From assembly GCA_965112155.1 (NCBI GenBank), contig OZ218102.1: a stretch of DNA of 64,000 nucleotides. One strand, given 5' to 3'. The notes under the pieces are model-generated. The model saw only the letters and a list, made by a program, of their open reading frames with translations. It was not told where the DNA came from and ran no database searches. Of this stretch, positions 51,304-62,800 are shown piece after piece (within the stretch, counting starts at the first letter, position 1; each line of letters starts with the position of its first letter). Source of the DNA: Podarcis liolepis (taxonomy: Eukaryota). The translations under genes and the position numbers were made by a program.

Positions 51304-53915
51304 GAGAAGGTTGATTATAATTGCAGCTAGGGGTAGAATTCAGTTTGCATTTAAAGGCAAAGTTCCCTACTACACACTTTCCAAAATGGTACAAGAACAG
51401 AAACACAAGCATCCTTCAAAATTCACACTTCTACACATTTTTGAAATGCAGTTCCCCAGCCAAGTAATGAGTACAAAAAATGCACATTTGGAGAAATATG
51501 AACTAAAATGTTCATTAATTTTCATGAGAATTTATTACTTATTAATTTACATACCACTTAAAACCCTTTCTTTACACACCTGTGTACCCCCCCCCCACAT
51601 AATTTGTGGACATCCAAAGAAACTGAATGTTGGAAGATTCAGGACAGATAAAACAAAGTACTTCTTTATGCAGTGCATAAACGACGGAACTTGCTCCGAT
51701 AGGAGAGTGTGATGCTCACCTTGGATGGCTTTAAAAGAGGAATAGAAAAATGGACGGAGGAGAGGGCTACTGGCCCTGATGACTACACTCTGCTTCCACA
51801 GTTGAGGCAGCAATGCTTCTGAATACTAGTTGCTGGAAGCCACAGTTGCAGAGAGTGCTCTTGTGCTTCAATCCTGCTTGATGGTTTCCCATAGGTTGGC
51901 CACTGTGAGAACAGGATGCTAGACTAAATAGCCCACTGGAATGAACCAGCAGGCTCTTCTTATGGTTAACTAAATTTATGTGGGATACATAATCAATTTT
52001 GAATATAAAGCATCTCTTCTGGAGTGCAAAATGTCAAGTAAGCTCACCCATCGGTCCACCTTTGCAAACAACCAAGAGGCTTCACCTTCACTGTCTGGTG
52101 CCTTGTATTCTTTGACTGCTTAAAAGTTACTTAGAGAACAGTTGAGGGCATATGCATTTAATCCACTTAAAAGGTCTGCAATTGAAATTAGTGGGGATGG
52201 GGAAAATGAACATTTCCCATCCTTTCTGCTACATGGTCCGGATGTAAATAAAGTTATATAATCCTCCCCGAGTCCCAGGAACAGGAACACATCCAATTAG
52301 ATAAAATACATTAAAAAGAAGTACAACCATCAGTTCTGGCACAGACTAGGTCTCTGCACAACAGAGGTAAAAGACTGTATAGATTAGGGAGTGAATCTTT
52401 GCCCACTGATTCTACAATCATTTAAAACTAATGGACTCAGCATGACCTTTGCTGTAGAATATAATATGCAATAAAATTATGGGGCCTGTGTTGGCGTCTG
52501 GAAATAGAAATTTGATAGATAGGCACTATTGTGAAAATATGAGAAGGAAGAACTATGATACATAATTATAATATGACTGGGTCCCCAAATATAATTATAG
52601 CAGGAAACCCATCTCACGCACCCCAAATATATACATGTATGTAGGTGTGCTTTGAAAATGTAGCTTACAATTTAGGATAGAGGATGAAATAGGGACTAAG
52701 TATTATGAAGCTTCAGCTATAAATACTCCCTTCCATCTTAAAGGGAAAATGTTCGGCTTATAAAGGAAAAGTGGCATACCAAGGTCTGGATGAATAACAC
52801 AGGGAAACATTTGGTCAAATTTTTCTCTAGAAAATAATACCTCTTTAATGATGTAATACGACATCATAATGCTCTTTAGTACCTCTTTAATGATGTAATG
52901 CGGAGTCATAATGCTATTTGCTAGTAATATATGGGAAGGTGAAACTTCTCTTTTCTTGTACCCATTTCTGCCATGTTTCTGTGTGACCTTTCAGAGTTGC
53001 AAGCTCTAAAGGATCCAGAGTAGTAGATGTGATACAAGGATGGCCTGCTACTCTGAAGTGTGAATATAAATTCCTGGTGTACTGAAGATCCCAGGTACTT
53101 GCTGTATTTGAATTCAAATTTGGAGCTCTATGCAAATATGACTGAATGGACAATGAAATGTTTTTACATTCTTATAGCAGCTAGTGCAGCAGGTAGAAGG
53201 GTGTGTGTGAAAGGGTTAATCAAATGAACACTTTGGAGTATTCACTCACTTAATCATTCCAAAAGCAGATTATCTCTTCACTTGCTCTAACCTGGTCATC
53301 TCCTAACACTGTATTTGTATTGTTGTGTTTGTTGGTGCCAGACTCACTTAAACTTCCGAGTCCAGTAAGTGTTATAATTTAATTAAGGCTTGGGGTGTTG
53401 AAACTGGGTGCTAGACCCATGTGTATTAAGTTGTGTGCTAGACACATCTAATCCCCTGGAATATACAAGTGTTAAAAGCTAGGCTAAGATTCCTGGGTTA
53501 AGGTAATAGCTTGGGGAATGGGCCATTAAGACAATCAAAGGAACTCAGTGTGAGATGCCAAAAGAGTGGGGCCCCTTTCCCTCAGCAGATAGAGCCAGAA
53601 CTTAGAGTAATATGACCTAGAAGTAAAGCAGGAAGTAGGAGGGACAGAGCAACATTTTGAGAGTACATTTGATGTCTGTTTGGATCCAAGACTGCAGCTA
53701 TGGGAGAAGCAATACCCTCTTTGGGTGACTGTGCTTTGAACTTCTCAATCGTAGGCTCAGGTTGCAGATATGTATAAATAAACCATATATCACAAAGACA
53801 CTACAGTCTCCCCTATGCATCATTCCCAAAAGAAAGCACAGAAGCACATCTGGAACCCTTGGAATCTCACATACTCAGAGATTGTAGTGGCATTCAACAG
53901 TATAATTGAATATAT

Positions 53916-54431
53916 TATTTATAATGAGTTAAAAAAAATGTTTAGATATACTTTCCCCCCAAAAATGGAAGCATTCCTGTTGGGGATGACAGGAGCAGAA
54001 ATATTAAAAGTTGACCAGAAATTGTTTATGTATGCCACTATGGCAGCTAGAATTTTATTAGCCCCAAAGTGGAAGCAACAAGAATTACCAATGGTAGGCA
54101 AATGGCAGAAAAGATGATGGACTATGTGGAATTGGCTTCTTTGCCAATTCGGGGAGAATCCGAAACCAGAGTGACCAAGTTTCCCAGGGAGAATGGAATA
54201 AATTTGTTCAATACATAGACAATCATTGTAAACATATAAAGGCACTAGCTGGACTGCGATAAAGCTTGCAATGTTTAAAAGAAGAAACTTTCTACTTGTG
54301 CTTTAAGTTTTAAATAACTTAAAATAAATGTATAATTTAGATGGTCCAAATGAAATGGAGGGAAGTCAAAAGCTCGGCAGAGCTAAAATTTGTAAAAGGT
54401 GATATGATTTTATAATATTGTTAAAAATGGA
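53916..54431 (+). mobile_element. L1 3' fragment whose tail region is a (TA)n tract hosting the Penelope palindrome
   Basis: Encodes IYNELKKMFRYTFPPKMEAFLLG...LFMYATMAARILLAPKWK, homologous to 34611-35324. 20-bp TSD aacagtataatYgaatatat at 53896-53915 and 56937-56956. Confidence 0.85.
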
Positions 54432-54453
54432 ATATATATATATATATATATAT
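54432..54453. repeat. (TA)n flanking the left arm
   Basis: Directly visible. Confidence 0.95.
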
Positions 54454-55650
54454 ATGCAGGTTTTGGTGTCCTCGGGTGTCTTCCCGTGTAAAAGTTGGGG
54501 TGTCTAGGCGACGTTTCGACGAGGTCTCACTCGTCATCTTCAGGCTGGTGCTTTCGGCTTCTTGTTACTGGAACAGAGCGGGATCTCAGTGTTTGAGTTC
54601 CTATAAATACTGTAGAGGGGTGTGGTGTATTGCCTCAAAAGTTCTGGGCAGAGGGGAAGTTCCCAGGCTAGTGTTCTTTTCTTCTTTTGTTCCTTAATTA
54701 CTTGAGGGATATCTTGAGTGATTTCTTGAGTGATATTCTGAGTACCACTTAGGTGGGTCATTAGGTGTGGATTAGTTGCTAAAGCCTTCGTGTCTTGACC
54801 TCTTGAATTTGTGAAGAGTTTTTCTGGGAAGATGGCTGTACTGCACTTAGTTGTGCTTTGGCTTGGCTTCGTGTATAGGGGCGAGCTGTGGTTTTGTGCC
54901 CTGTGCCAGCCAGATCTGTGTAGGGATTGCAGGGGGGTGCAGCATCCGGAGTTGCCACTATGGTTTGGTTACTGGATGGTGTCTGTAATTTATCTGTGGA
55001 GAGGGTCTGGGTTTGGGTCTGGTGTGGTTGATTGGTGGTGGCGTTCTGTGTGCCTCTGGATCTGGTGTCGGTTTTTGTGGGGAGGGCTAATTTCCAGATG
55101 TCTGGCAGGCGGGACGTGTCGTCACGCTTGTTCATGTTGTGAGGGTGTTTCTCTATCTCGATGGCTTCCATGATTATTCTCTTGTGGTGATGTTCCATGT
55201 TAAAGAGCAATTTGGAATCTGCAAAATTAATTTCGTGTCCTGTTTCTTTCATGTGTTGGAAAAGAGAGGAAGATTTTTCTTCTTTTTTGACGGCATTCTT
55301 GTGTTCTGCGATACGTGCATTTATTCGTCTGTTTGTTTGTCCAATGTACGTGGCTGGGCAGACTTTGCAGGGTATTTCATAGACCCCTTGGTTTTCCAAC
55401 TGGATTTTATCTTTGGGGTTTCTGAGGATATTGGCTATTTTTTGGTTGGTGCAAAAGGCTGTTTTGATATTGTGTTTATGGAGGATTTTGCTAATTTTAT
55501 CTGTAGTGCCCTTGATATAAGGAAGGAGGGCCATGCCATTGTTTTCTTCCGTGTCTTGGTTTTTGGGGGGTGTTTCTTTTTGGATTAGCTTCTTAACCCT
55601 GTTTTGCTGGTATCCATTGGCGATTAACACATTTGAGAGATTCTGTAACT
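54454..55650 (-). mobile_element. Penelope-like element, left (inverted) arm: GIY-YIG endonuclease region plus pLTR
   Basis: ORF 54779-55696 contains LPYIKGTTDKI, GVYEIPC..CPATYIGQTNR.I..RIAEH and EAIEI...NMNKRD. Confidence 0.93.
54508..54545 (-). ncRNA. Mirror copy of the hammerhead core, sense to CTNNA3 pre-mRNA
   Basis: Exact reverse complement of 56755-56792. Confidence 0.7.
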
Positions 55651-55679
55651 CAATGGATACCAATGGATACCAATGGATA

Positions 55680-56876
55680 CCAATGGATACCAGCAAAACA
55701 GGGTTAAGAAGCTAATCCAAAAAGAAACACCCCCCAAAAACCAAGACACGGAAGAAAACAATGGCATGGCCCTCCTTCCTTATATCAAGGGCACTACAGA
55801 TAAAATTAGCAAAATCCTCCATAAACACAATATCAAAACAGCCTTTTGCACCAACCAAAAAATAGCCAATATCCTCAGAAACCCCAAAGATAAAATCCAG
55901 TTGGAAAACCAAGGGGTCTATGAAATACCCTGCAAAGTCTGCCCAGCCACGTACATTGGACAAACAAACAGACGAATAAATGCACGTATCGCAGAACACA
56001 AGAATGCCGTCAAAAAAGAAGAAAAATCTTCCTCTCTTTTCCAACACATGAAAGAAACAGGACACGAAATTAATTTTGCAGATTCCAAATTGCTCTTTAA
56101 CATGGAACATCACCACAAGAGAATAATCATGGAAGCCATCGAGATAGAGAAACACCCTCACAACATGAACAAGCGTGACGACACGTCCCGCCTGCCAGAC
56201 ATCTGGAAATTAGCCCTCCCCACAAAAACCGACACCAGATCCAGAGGCACACAGAACGCCACCACCAATCAACCACACCAGACCCAAACCCAGACCCTCT
56301 CCACAGATAAATTACAGACACCATCCAGTAACCAAACCATAGTGGCAACTCCGGATGCTGCACCCCCCTGCAATCCCTACACAGATCTGGCTGGCACAGG
56401 GCACAAAACCACAGCTCGCCCCTATACACGAAGCCAAGCCAAAGCACAACTAAGTGCAGTACAGCCATCTTCCCAGAAAAACTCTTCACAAATTCAAGAG
56501 GTCAAGACACGAAGGCTTTAGCAACTAATCCACACCTAATGACCCACCTAAGTGGTACTCAGAATATCACTCAAGAAATCACTCAAGATATCCCTCAAGT
56601 AATTAAGGAACAAAAGAAGAAAAGAACACTAGCCTGGGAACTTCCCCTCTGCCCAGAACTTTTGAGGCAATACACCACACCCCTCTACAGTATTTATAGG
56701 AACTCAAACACTGAGATCCCGCTCTGTTCCAGTAACAAGAAGCCGAAAGCACCAGCCTGAAGATGACGAGTGAGACCTCGTCGAAACGTCGCCTAGACAC
56801 CCCAACTTTTACACGGGAAGACACCCGAGGACACCAAAACCTGCATTCCTATACCCGTGAAAATCTACGAAAACAA
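55680..56876 (+). mobile_element. Penelope-like element, right arm with complete 3' end
   Basis: ORF 55673-56521 is identical in translation to the left arm from NGYQQ onward. The arm extends about 30 nt further (tcctatacccgtgaaaatctacgaaaacaa) before (TA)n. Confidence 0.93.
56755..56792 (+). ncRNA. Hammerhead ribozyme core in the Penelope pLTR
   Basis: CUGAAGA(56757-63)-U-GACGAG(UGAGAC)CUCGUC-GAAA-CG-UC. Stem II has 6 bp, stem III is a palindromic ACGU, and stem I shows only about 2 bp. Confidence 0.7.
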
Positions 56877-56934
56877 ATATATATATATATATATATAGAT
56901 ATATATATAGATATATATATATATATATATATAT
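56877..56934. repeat. (TA)n flanking the right arm
   Basis: Directly visible, with two GA interruptions. Confidence 0.95.
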
Positions 56935-57084
56935 AAAACAGTATAATCGAATATATAATGCCTTACCTGGTCAGGGAAACAAAGTATCCTAGGCCATCTC
57001 TTGACCATAACCAGTTTATGTTATGTTTTATGCCATGTTTTAAATCAGTGCCTGGGTGCAGTAGCGCGCTGGACGAGGGCCAGC

Positions 57085-57735
57085 AATCATCAACTTAGGT
57101 TGCCAACTATGCCCTTTCCTGGACAGGGATAGCTTAGCTACAGTGATTCATGCATTGGTAGCTTCACAATTGGACTACTGTAATGTACTCTATGTGAGGT
57201 TTTACTTAGGATTGATCTGGAAACTGCAGTTGGTGCAGAATGTTGCAGTCAGGTTGTTGAGTGGAGCACCTGGATGCACACCTATTATACCTACATGGAG
57301 AGAATTGCATTAGCTGCTGATCAGCTACCAGGCTATGCCAAAGGTCATTTTGTTAATATATTATGCCCGGAACAACTTGGGATCAAGGTTGCCTGAAGGA
57401 CCACCTGTCCTTGGTAAGGTCACATATATCACTTGGAGAAATTCTATTAATGGCATTGCATCCTATAGAGTATCACAGGGCAGTGACCTGAAAACGGTCA
57501 TTTTCTGCTGTTGATCCTGTACTGCCATATGTGAAACAGCAACAATCAGTTGCCTCAGATATCTTGTGAAGACATATCATTTTCTCCTCCCAGGCTTTCC
57601 CTGACCCGTAAGGTTGGACCTGGCTTTATGTCACTAAATCCTCAGAATTTTTGTTTTATTCACTTTTATATACTTTTCTATATTTTTATATTGCTGTTTA
57701 CTGGTTTTTACGTTGTGTTTTCATTTTAATGATAT
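57085..57735 (+). mobile_element. Old L2 LINE 3' region
   Basis: Encodes LATVIHALVASQLDYCNVLY...KLQLVQNVAVRLL (L2 RT C-terminus), followed by a T-rich 3' UTR interrupted by CR1. Confidence 0.75.
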
Positions 57736-58207
57736 AGTGAGAACCCAAAGAGTGCTCACTACTGGTTCTTCATCACCCTGCAAAAAAGTAGCAAATGGAG
57801 TTCTGCAGGGTTCTGTCCTGGGCCCACTGTTATTCAATGTATTTATAAATGACTTGGACAAAGGAATTGAGGGGATGTGCATCAACTTTGCAGATGACAC
57901 CAACCTGGGAGGGGTAGGTAATGCTGTGAAAGACAGAATCAGGATTAAGATGGCCTTAACAGATTGGAGAACTGGACCCAAACTAACAAAATGAATTTCA
58001 GTAAGGGCAAATGTAAGGCTCTACACTTAGGCAGGAAGAACCAGATGCACAAATAGAAGTGATTGCCAGTAGTACATGTGAAAAGGATCTAGGGGTCATG
58101 GTAGGCCACAAGCTTAACATGAGTCAACAGTGGGATGTAGGATCAAAAAGAACTTATGTTACTCTAGGCTGCATCAGCAGAAGTATAGTGTCCTGATCAA
58201 GGGAATA

Positions 58208-58566
58208 AAAAGGTAAAGGTACCCCTGCCCGTACGGGCCAGTCTTGACAGACTCTAGGGTTGTGCGCTCATCTCACTCTAGAGGCCGGGAGCCAGTGCTA
58301 TCCGCAGACACTTCCGGGTCACGTGGCCAGTATGACGAAGCTACTCTGGCGAGCCAGAGCCGCACACGGAAACACCGTTTACCTTCCCGCTAGTAAGCGG
58401 TCCCTATTTATCTACTTGCACCCGGGGGTGCTTTCGAACTGCTAGGTTGGCAGGCACTGGGACCGAGCAATGGGAGCGCACCCCGCCGCAGGGATTCAAA
58501 CCGCCGACCATGCGACCGGCAAGTCCTAGGCGCTGAGGTTTTTACCCACTGAGCCACCCGCGTCCC
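58208..58566 (-). mobile_element. Sauria SINE nested in CR1
   Basis: Homologous to 2935-3301. 13-bp TSD gatcaagggaata at 58195-58207 and 58567-58579. Confidence 0.93.
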
Positions 58567-58784
58567 GATCAAGGGAATAGTCCCGCTCTATTCTGCCTTG
58601 GTCAGACCACAGATGGAGTTCTGTGTCCAGTACTGGGTACCACCATTTAAGAAGAGTATTGACAAGCTAGAATGTGTGTAGTGAAGAGCAACCAAGATAA
58701 CCAAGGGCCTGGAATCTAAGCCTTAAGATAAATGGTTGAGGGAGCTGGGTATGTTTGTCTGGATAAATGGGGACTAAGAGGAGA

Positions 58785-58909
58785 TAGAATTGTAGAATTG
58801 GAAGGAACCACATGGGTCATGTAGTTTAACCCCCTGCAATGCTTAAGGTGGGGCTCAAATCCACAACCCTAAGATTAAAAGTCTCATGTTCTACTGACTG
58901 AGCTAGCCC
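58785..58909 (-). mobile_element. tRNA-Lys/CR1-tail SINE nested in CR1
   Basis: Reverse complement gggctagctcagtcagtagaacatgagacttttaatcttaggg... followed by a CR1 tail. Confidence 0.8.
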
Positions 58910-60051
58910 TGAAATAAGATAGCCACCTGCAAATACCTAAAGGGCTGTCAATATGGAGGATAGAGCAAGCTTGTTTTCTCCTACTATGGAGGTTAGGACC
59001 CAAAACAAGGGCTTCAAGATACAAGAAAGGAGATTCCGACTAAACATCAGAAAGACCTTTCTGATGATAAAAGCTGTTCAACAGTGGAATGGAATCCCTT
59101 AGAAGGTGGTGGACTCTCCTTCCTTGGAGATGTTTTAAAGCAGAGATTGGACAGCCATATGTCATGGATACTTTAGTTGAGATTCTTGCATTGTGGGGGG
59201 TTGAACGAGATGGCCCTTGGGGTCCCTTCTAACTCTACAATTCTATGATTCTATGTTTGTTTTTAGACTGTACATTAGATTTTTGAAATATAAAGCAGTA
59301 TATCAATGCTTTCAATTAAAGAAATAAATAGCTACTACTCTGGATTCCATGTAGCACACAAACCTGAAAGCTCATACAAAAGATTTTTCTACCTGAGATG
59401 GAATAGCTAATGGCACACACACATACCCCAATTCAAGGTGCACAGATTCCAAGGCCAGTCTGGCACTTGAGGCAGAAAATCCCCACAAGTGCATCTCCTC
59501 CACCCCCATGGCAGTAAAAAATGCAAAAACCATACATTAAATAGACATATGCTACTGTTTCATTACTCCCCAATTCAGTTACCAGAGACAGCTCCCCCAA
59601 CTATGCCAAATAGCAGGGCTTATGCACTGTTGACATTCCTTGTGATCCTGAGGAGCGAGGTGAACCCTGAAGAATGACAACTCTCACATTTACAAAATTT
59701 AAACATTCTTCCAAAAGGGGAACATAAGGAGAAACTAGAGACAGTAGTTTACTAAGAATAGGGAACAGGAAATATAATATACGGGACAGCTGTATGCATC
59801 AGGAACAGAAAATTGTAACCACCATATGTGGAATAGAAACAGATTTCACCAAACTCCCAAACATAATTCCTGGGATTCTTTGGAGAATCCCCAATAACTT
59901 TGCAATGTAAATATGCCCTAAATTAATGACAAACCTATTTCTAAGTAATCTCTCATCTTGACTAGAAATTTCCTCTGATGCACATAAGGGGATTAGGTTG
60001 CTCTATGAAAATGCTTGTTATTGATGCAGGGCCTACAATCTGTCCTCCATT

Positions 60052-60271
60052 GAATGAATGAATGAATAAATTTATTACGGTCATAGACCAGAAGAGAAGA
60101 AAAAAACATAAAAGGCAGCAATAATTTACAAGGGAATGATGGTGTCAATTAAAAGTTGTAAAATTATACATAAAAACAATACACATATACACACACACCC
60201 ACACACACACACATATACACATACTCATATATGCACTACAGTATATGTATGGGCTTAAAAAAGGGGGGGGC
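60052..60271 (-). mobile_element. Non-LTR retrotransposon 3' UTR fragment with (ATTC)n tail (RTEX-like)
   Basis: 14-bp TSD atctgtcctccatt at 60038-60051 and 60272-60285. The minus strand ends ggtctatgaccgtaataaattt(attc)n. Confidence 0.7.
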
Positions 60272-61264
60272 ATCTGTCCTCCATTAGTGATGGACAAAAG
60301 TGTTTTCAACAGTGAACAAACCAATAAAAATTATGTCAGAAAAAGTGATCAACTAATTAATATATTGCAGATTTAATAATATGTTAGGCATGAATGCCAC
60401 AGAATACTACTGTGTATTAAAAAATTGAAATGACTACATGCTCAGTAAAACTTTTTTTTCAGAGGTAGGCAAGCTTTATGGAGGCAATGGAAAAGGCAGA
60501 CATGCTTTCTTAAGGCAGGTAATTTAATTCCATTTATTGTCATGGAGCTTTCCTTGCCCTAGCCGACAAATAATTTTCAGCACAAGGAAAAAAACAAAAT
60601 TGACTATGCTTTGCAGTGCAATCCTATACATTCCTACTCAAAGGTAAGCCCCATTTAGCTCCATGAATCATCACAGCGTCAACAGGCTGTAATCCTGTTT
60701 ACCCTCACTTGGGAGTTAAGTCCAATGATCACAAAGGGCCTTACTTCTGAGGAAACATGCACAAGATTGGGCAGAATGACTGTCAAATTCAGAAACTGAG
60801 AACATAGAAAATATTTTCTTCTCTAAACTCGGCAGGATTAAGGGACAAATATATACAGGATTTATCTATAAACCTATTAAATCACCACTCAGCCCTGTAG
60901 GTGAAACCTCTGCCCTGCCTCTGAGGACACATCTTTTCTTATCCACAGTCATTCACTTGAGCCTTTCTCTAACTTTAATGGGGAGCTGTATTTTACAGCA
61001 AATTTGTGACTCTTCAGATCAATGGTTATGGATGATTTGCAATTCAAGGGCTATTAAAGTAAGCTTTTCTTTTAAAATAAATCAGTGTGCTTCGACTCAG
61101 ATGTTGAGCCTACAAATATAAGCATGAAGTTTGCGCTAAGTATTTATACATCTAAAGATACTCAGCAATTTGAATCTTCTGTGTAGAACACAGCACAATG
61201 GACCAAAATCAAACCAGAAGTTAGCAATACAAACTATGATAAGTAAGCAACACCAAATGGTGGC

Positions 61265-61460
61265 TCATTTATTTATTTCATACACCGCTTGACTGTTAAA
61301 AAGAAAACCCTCAAACTGGTTTGCAAAAGATAAAACAGTAAAATCAAACACCTAATGACCACTTCCAATGGGTTCATGTAGATATTAAAGAGCAGTGGAG
61401 ATAAACAGTCCCCAGCAGCATCCCTGGCCTGAACCCCTGGCCTACCTGGCAGCAAGTCAG
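61265..61460 (-). mobile_element. L2 fragment
   Basis: LSPLLFNIYMNPL..VIR RT motif and an L2-like tail aagcggtgtatgaaataaataaat. Confidence 0.6.
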
Positions 61461-62439
61461 TATGCCAAGTTCCCAGTCCAGGGCCAATCCACATGTCCAG
61501 AGTCAAAAACCAAAGAACAGTCCCACAGAGATCCTGCAGGATCCGAGCCATGGCCCAACCACAGGCAGCTGAGCAGGCACAGCCCCTCAGCTCTGCTTCC
61601 CTTTTGTATTTTGCCTGCTGATTGCAGCATCTGGGCTTGACGAGGCAGATGACCCTCACCTGCTCCAAGCCTACTCCAGTTGAGGAATCACAACCCAGAG
61701 CTAATGAGTCCCACCTGGCCACCCAGGGAGCTGGGCTGTGGGCCCTTGCCTGCCTCTGCCTCCTGGAGTTGCTCCCTGTGTCTCAGAGCCCACCGTGTTC
61801 ATGGAGACAGGGACTCCTCTGGCTCTGGGTCCTGTGCTCTGACCCCCATCCCCTCGTCATCCTCCGTCCCCCTATGAGTACTTCCTACACCAACCTCTCC
61901 TTCCCCATCCCCAGCTTGCTCCAGTGTGTCCCAGTCCTGGCTACACCCCTTCCCGGGATCCTCTTCCTCCTCCTCCTCCTCCTAGATCTGCCCATGACAA
62001 TCCTATAACAGGCAGGGGTGTGTTGTCCAATGGTTACAGTTGTAGTTCAAGTCAGTTCTCCCTTTATAGCTAACTTGCTCTGCTGATCTCATTATGTTCC
62101 CTGAATAAAAGTGGCCCAGTTCAACCCCAGCCTGTGTGTTTGTCTCTTTATTCAGTCATCAGAGCGCAAATTGTTCCCTAATCTTTAACTGCTGTATTTT
62201 CTGACAGGCAGTAAAATTTAAAAAGGGCTTTCTAACAGTAGATTATATTACGTTTTCAGATACTGCACAGTTGAAGAATGCCCTTCCTTTCCCATGTTGT
62301 TGCTCTTCTCTCAAAATAAATGATAGTGCCAGACATGACAAATGCCATGTAGTGGAAGGCTGAGAATGGTCAATGAGTTCATATATACGCTCCCACATTT
62401 CAGCTTCAGTGGATGACACTGAGATCTAGTTACTGGAAT

Positions 62440-62475
62440 GGGAGAAAAAGTATTTCTATCCACTTTGTCCACACC

Positions 62476-62506
<31 letters not shown>

Positions 62507-62800
62507 ATCACATATCTCTTAAGTATAGCCCCCTCACCTTTTTTTTCTAAACTAAGAACCCAAACCCTTTCTTCATAAGGGAGTTGCCCCAGTCTTGTGA
62601 ACATTTGGTTATACATTTTTTTTTTGCAGAATTACAATATCCTTTTTGAGATGTGGGGACCAGAACTTTACACAGAATATATAGCTGTATAATAGCATTA
62701 CAATATTGGCAGTTTTATTTTCACTGCCATATGTAATGATCCCCCAACATCGAATTTGGTGTTCAGTTGCTGTCTTTGCGCTATTGTATTTCACGATATG
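62440..62800 (-). mobile_element. Old CR1 fragment containing a (CTAT)n microsatellite
   Basis: ENKTANIVMLLY...FCVKFWSPHLKKDI motif; (ctat)n at about 62477-62506. Confidence 0.65.

Larger units (their letters stand above)
57740..59255 (+). mobile_element. CR1 LINE 3' part (RT domain to tail) containing two nested SINEs
   Basis: GVLQGSVLGPLLFNVFINDLD...FADDT motif; ends ttctacaattctatgattctatg. Confidence 0.92.

Noticed and set aside
54779-56521. Two long ORFs as a duplicated host gene pair
   Set aside because: They are 5'-truncated Penelope GIY-YIG fragments. Their start codons come from the junction 10-mer stutter and the RT domain is missing.
54454-56846. Palindrome as a pure long-read fold-back artefact
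   Set aside because: Considered less likely, though not excluded: the arms are asymmetric at both ends, unique sequence resumes on each side, and an outer 20-bp TSD brackets the region.
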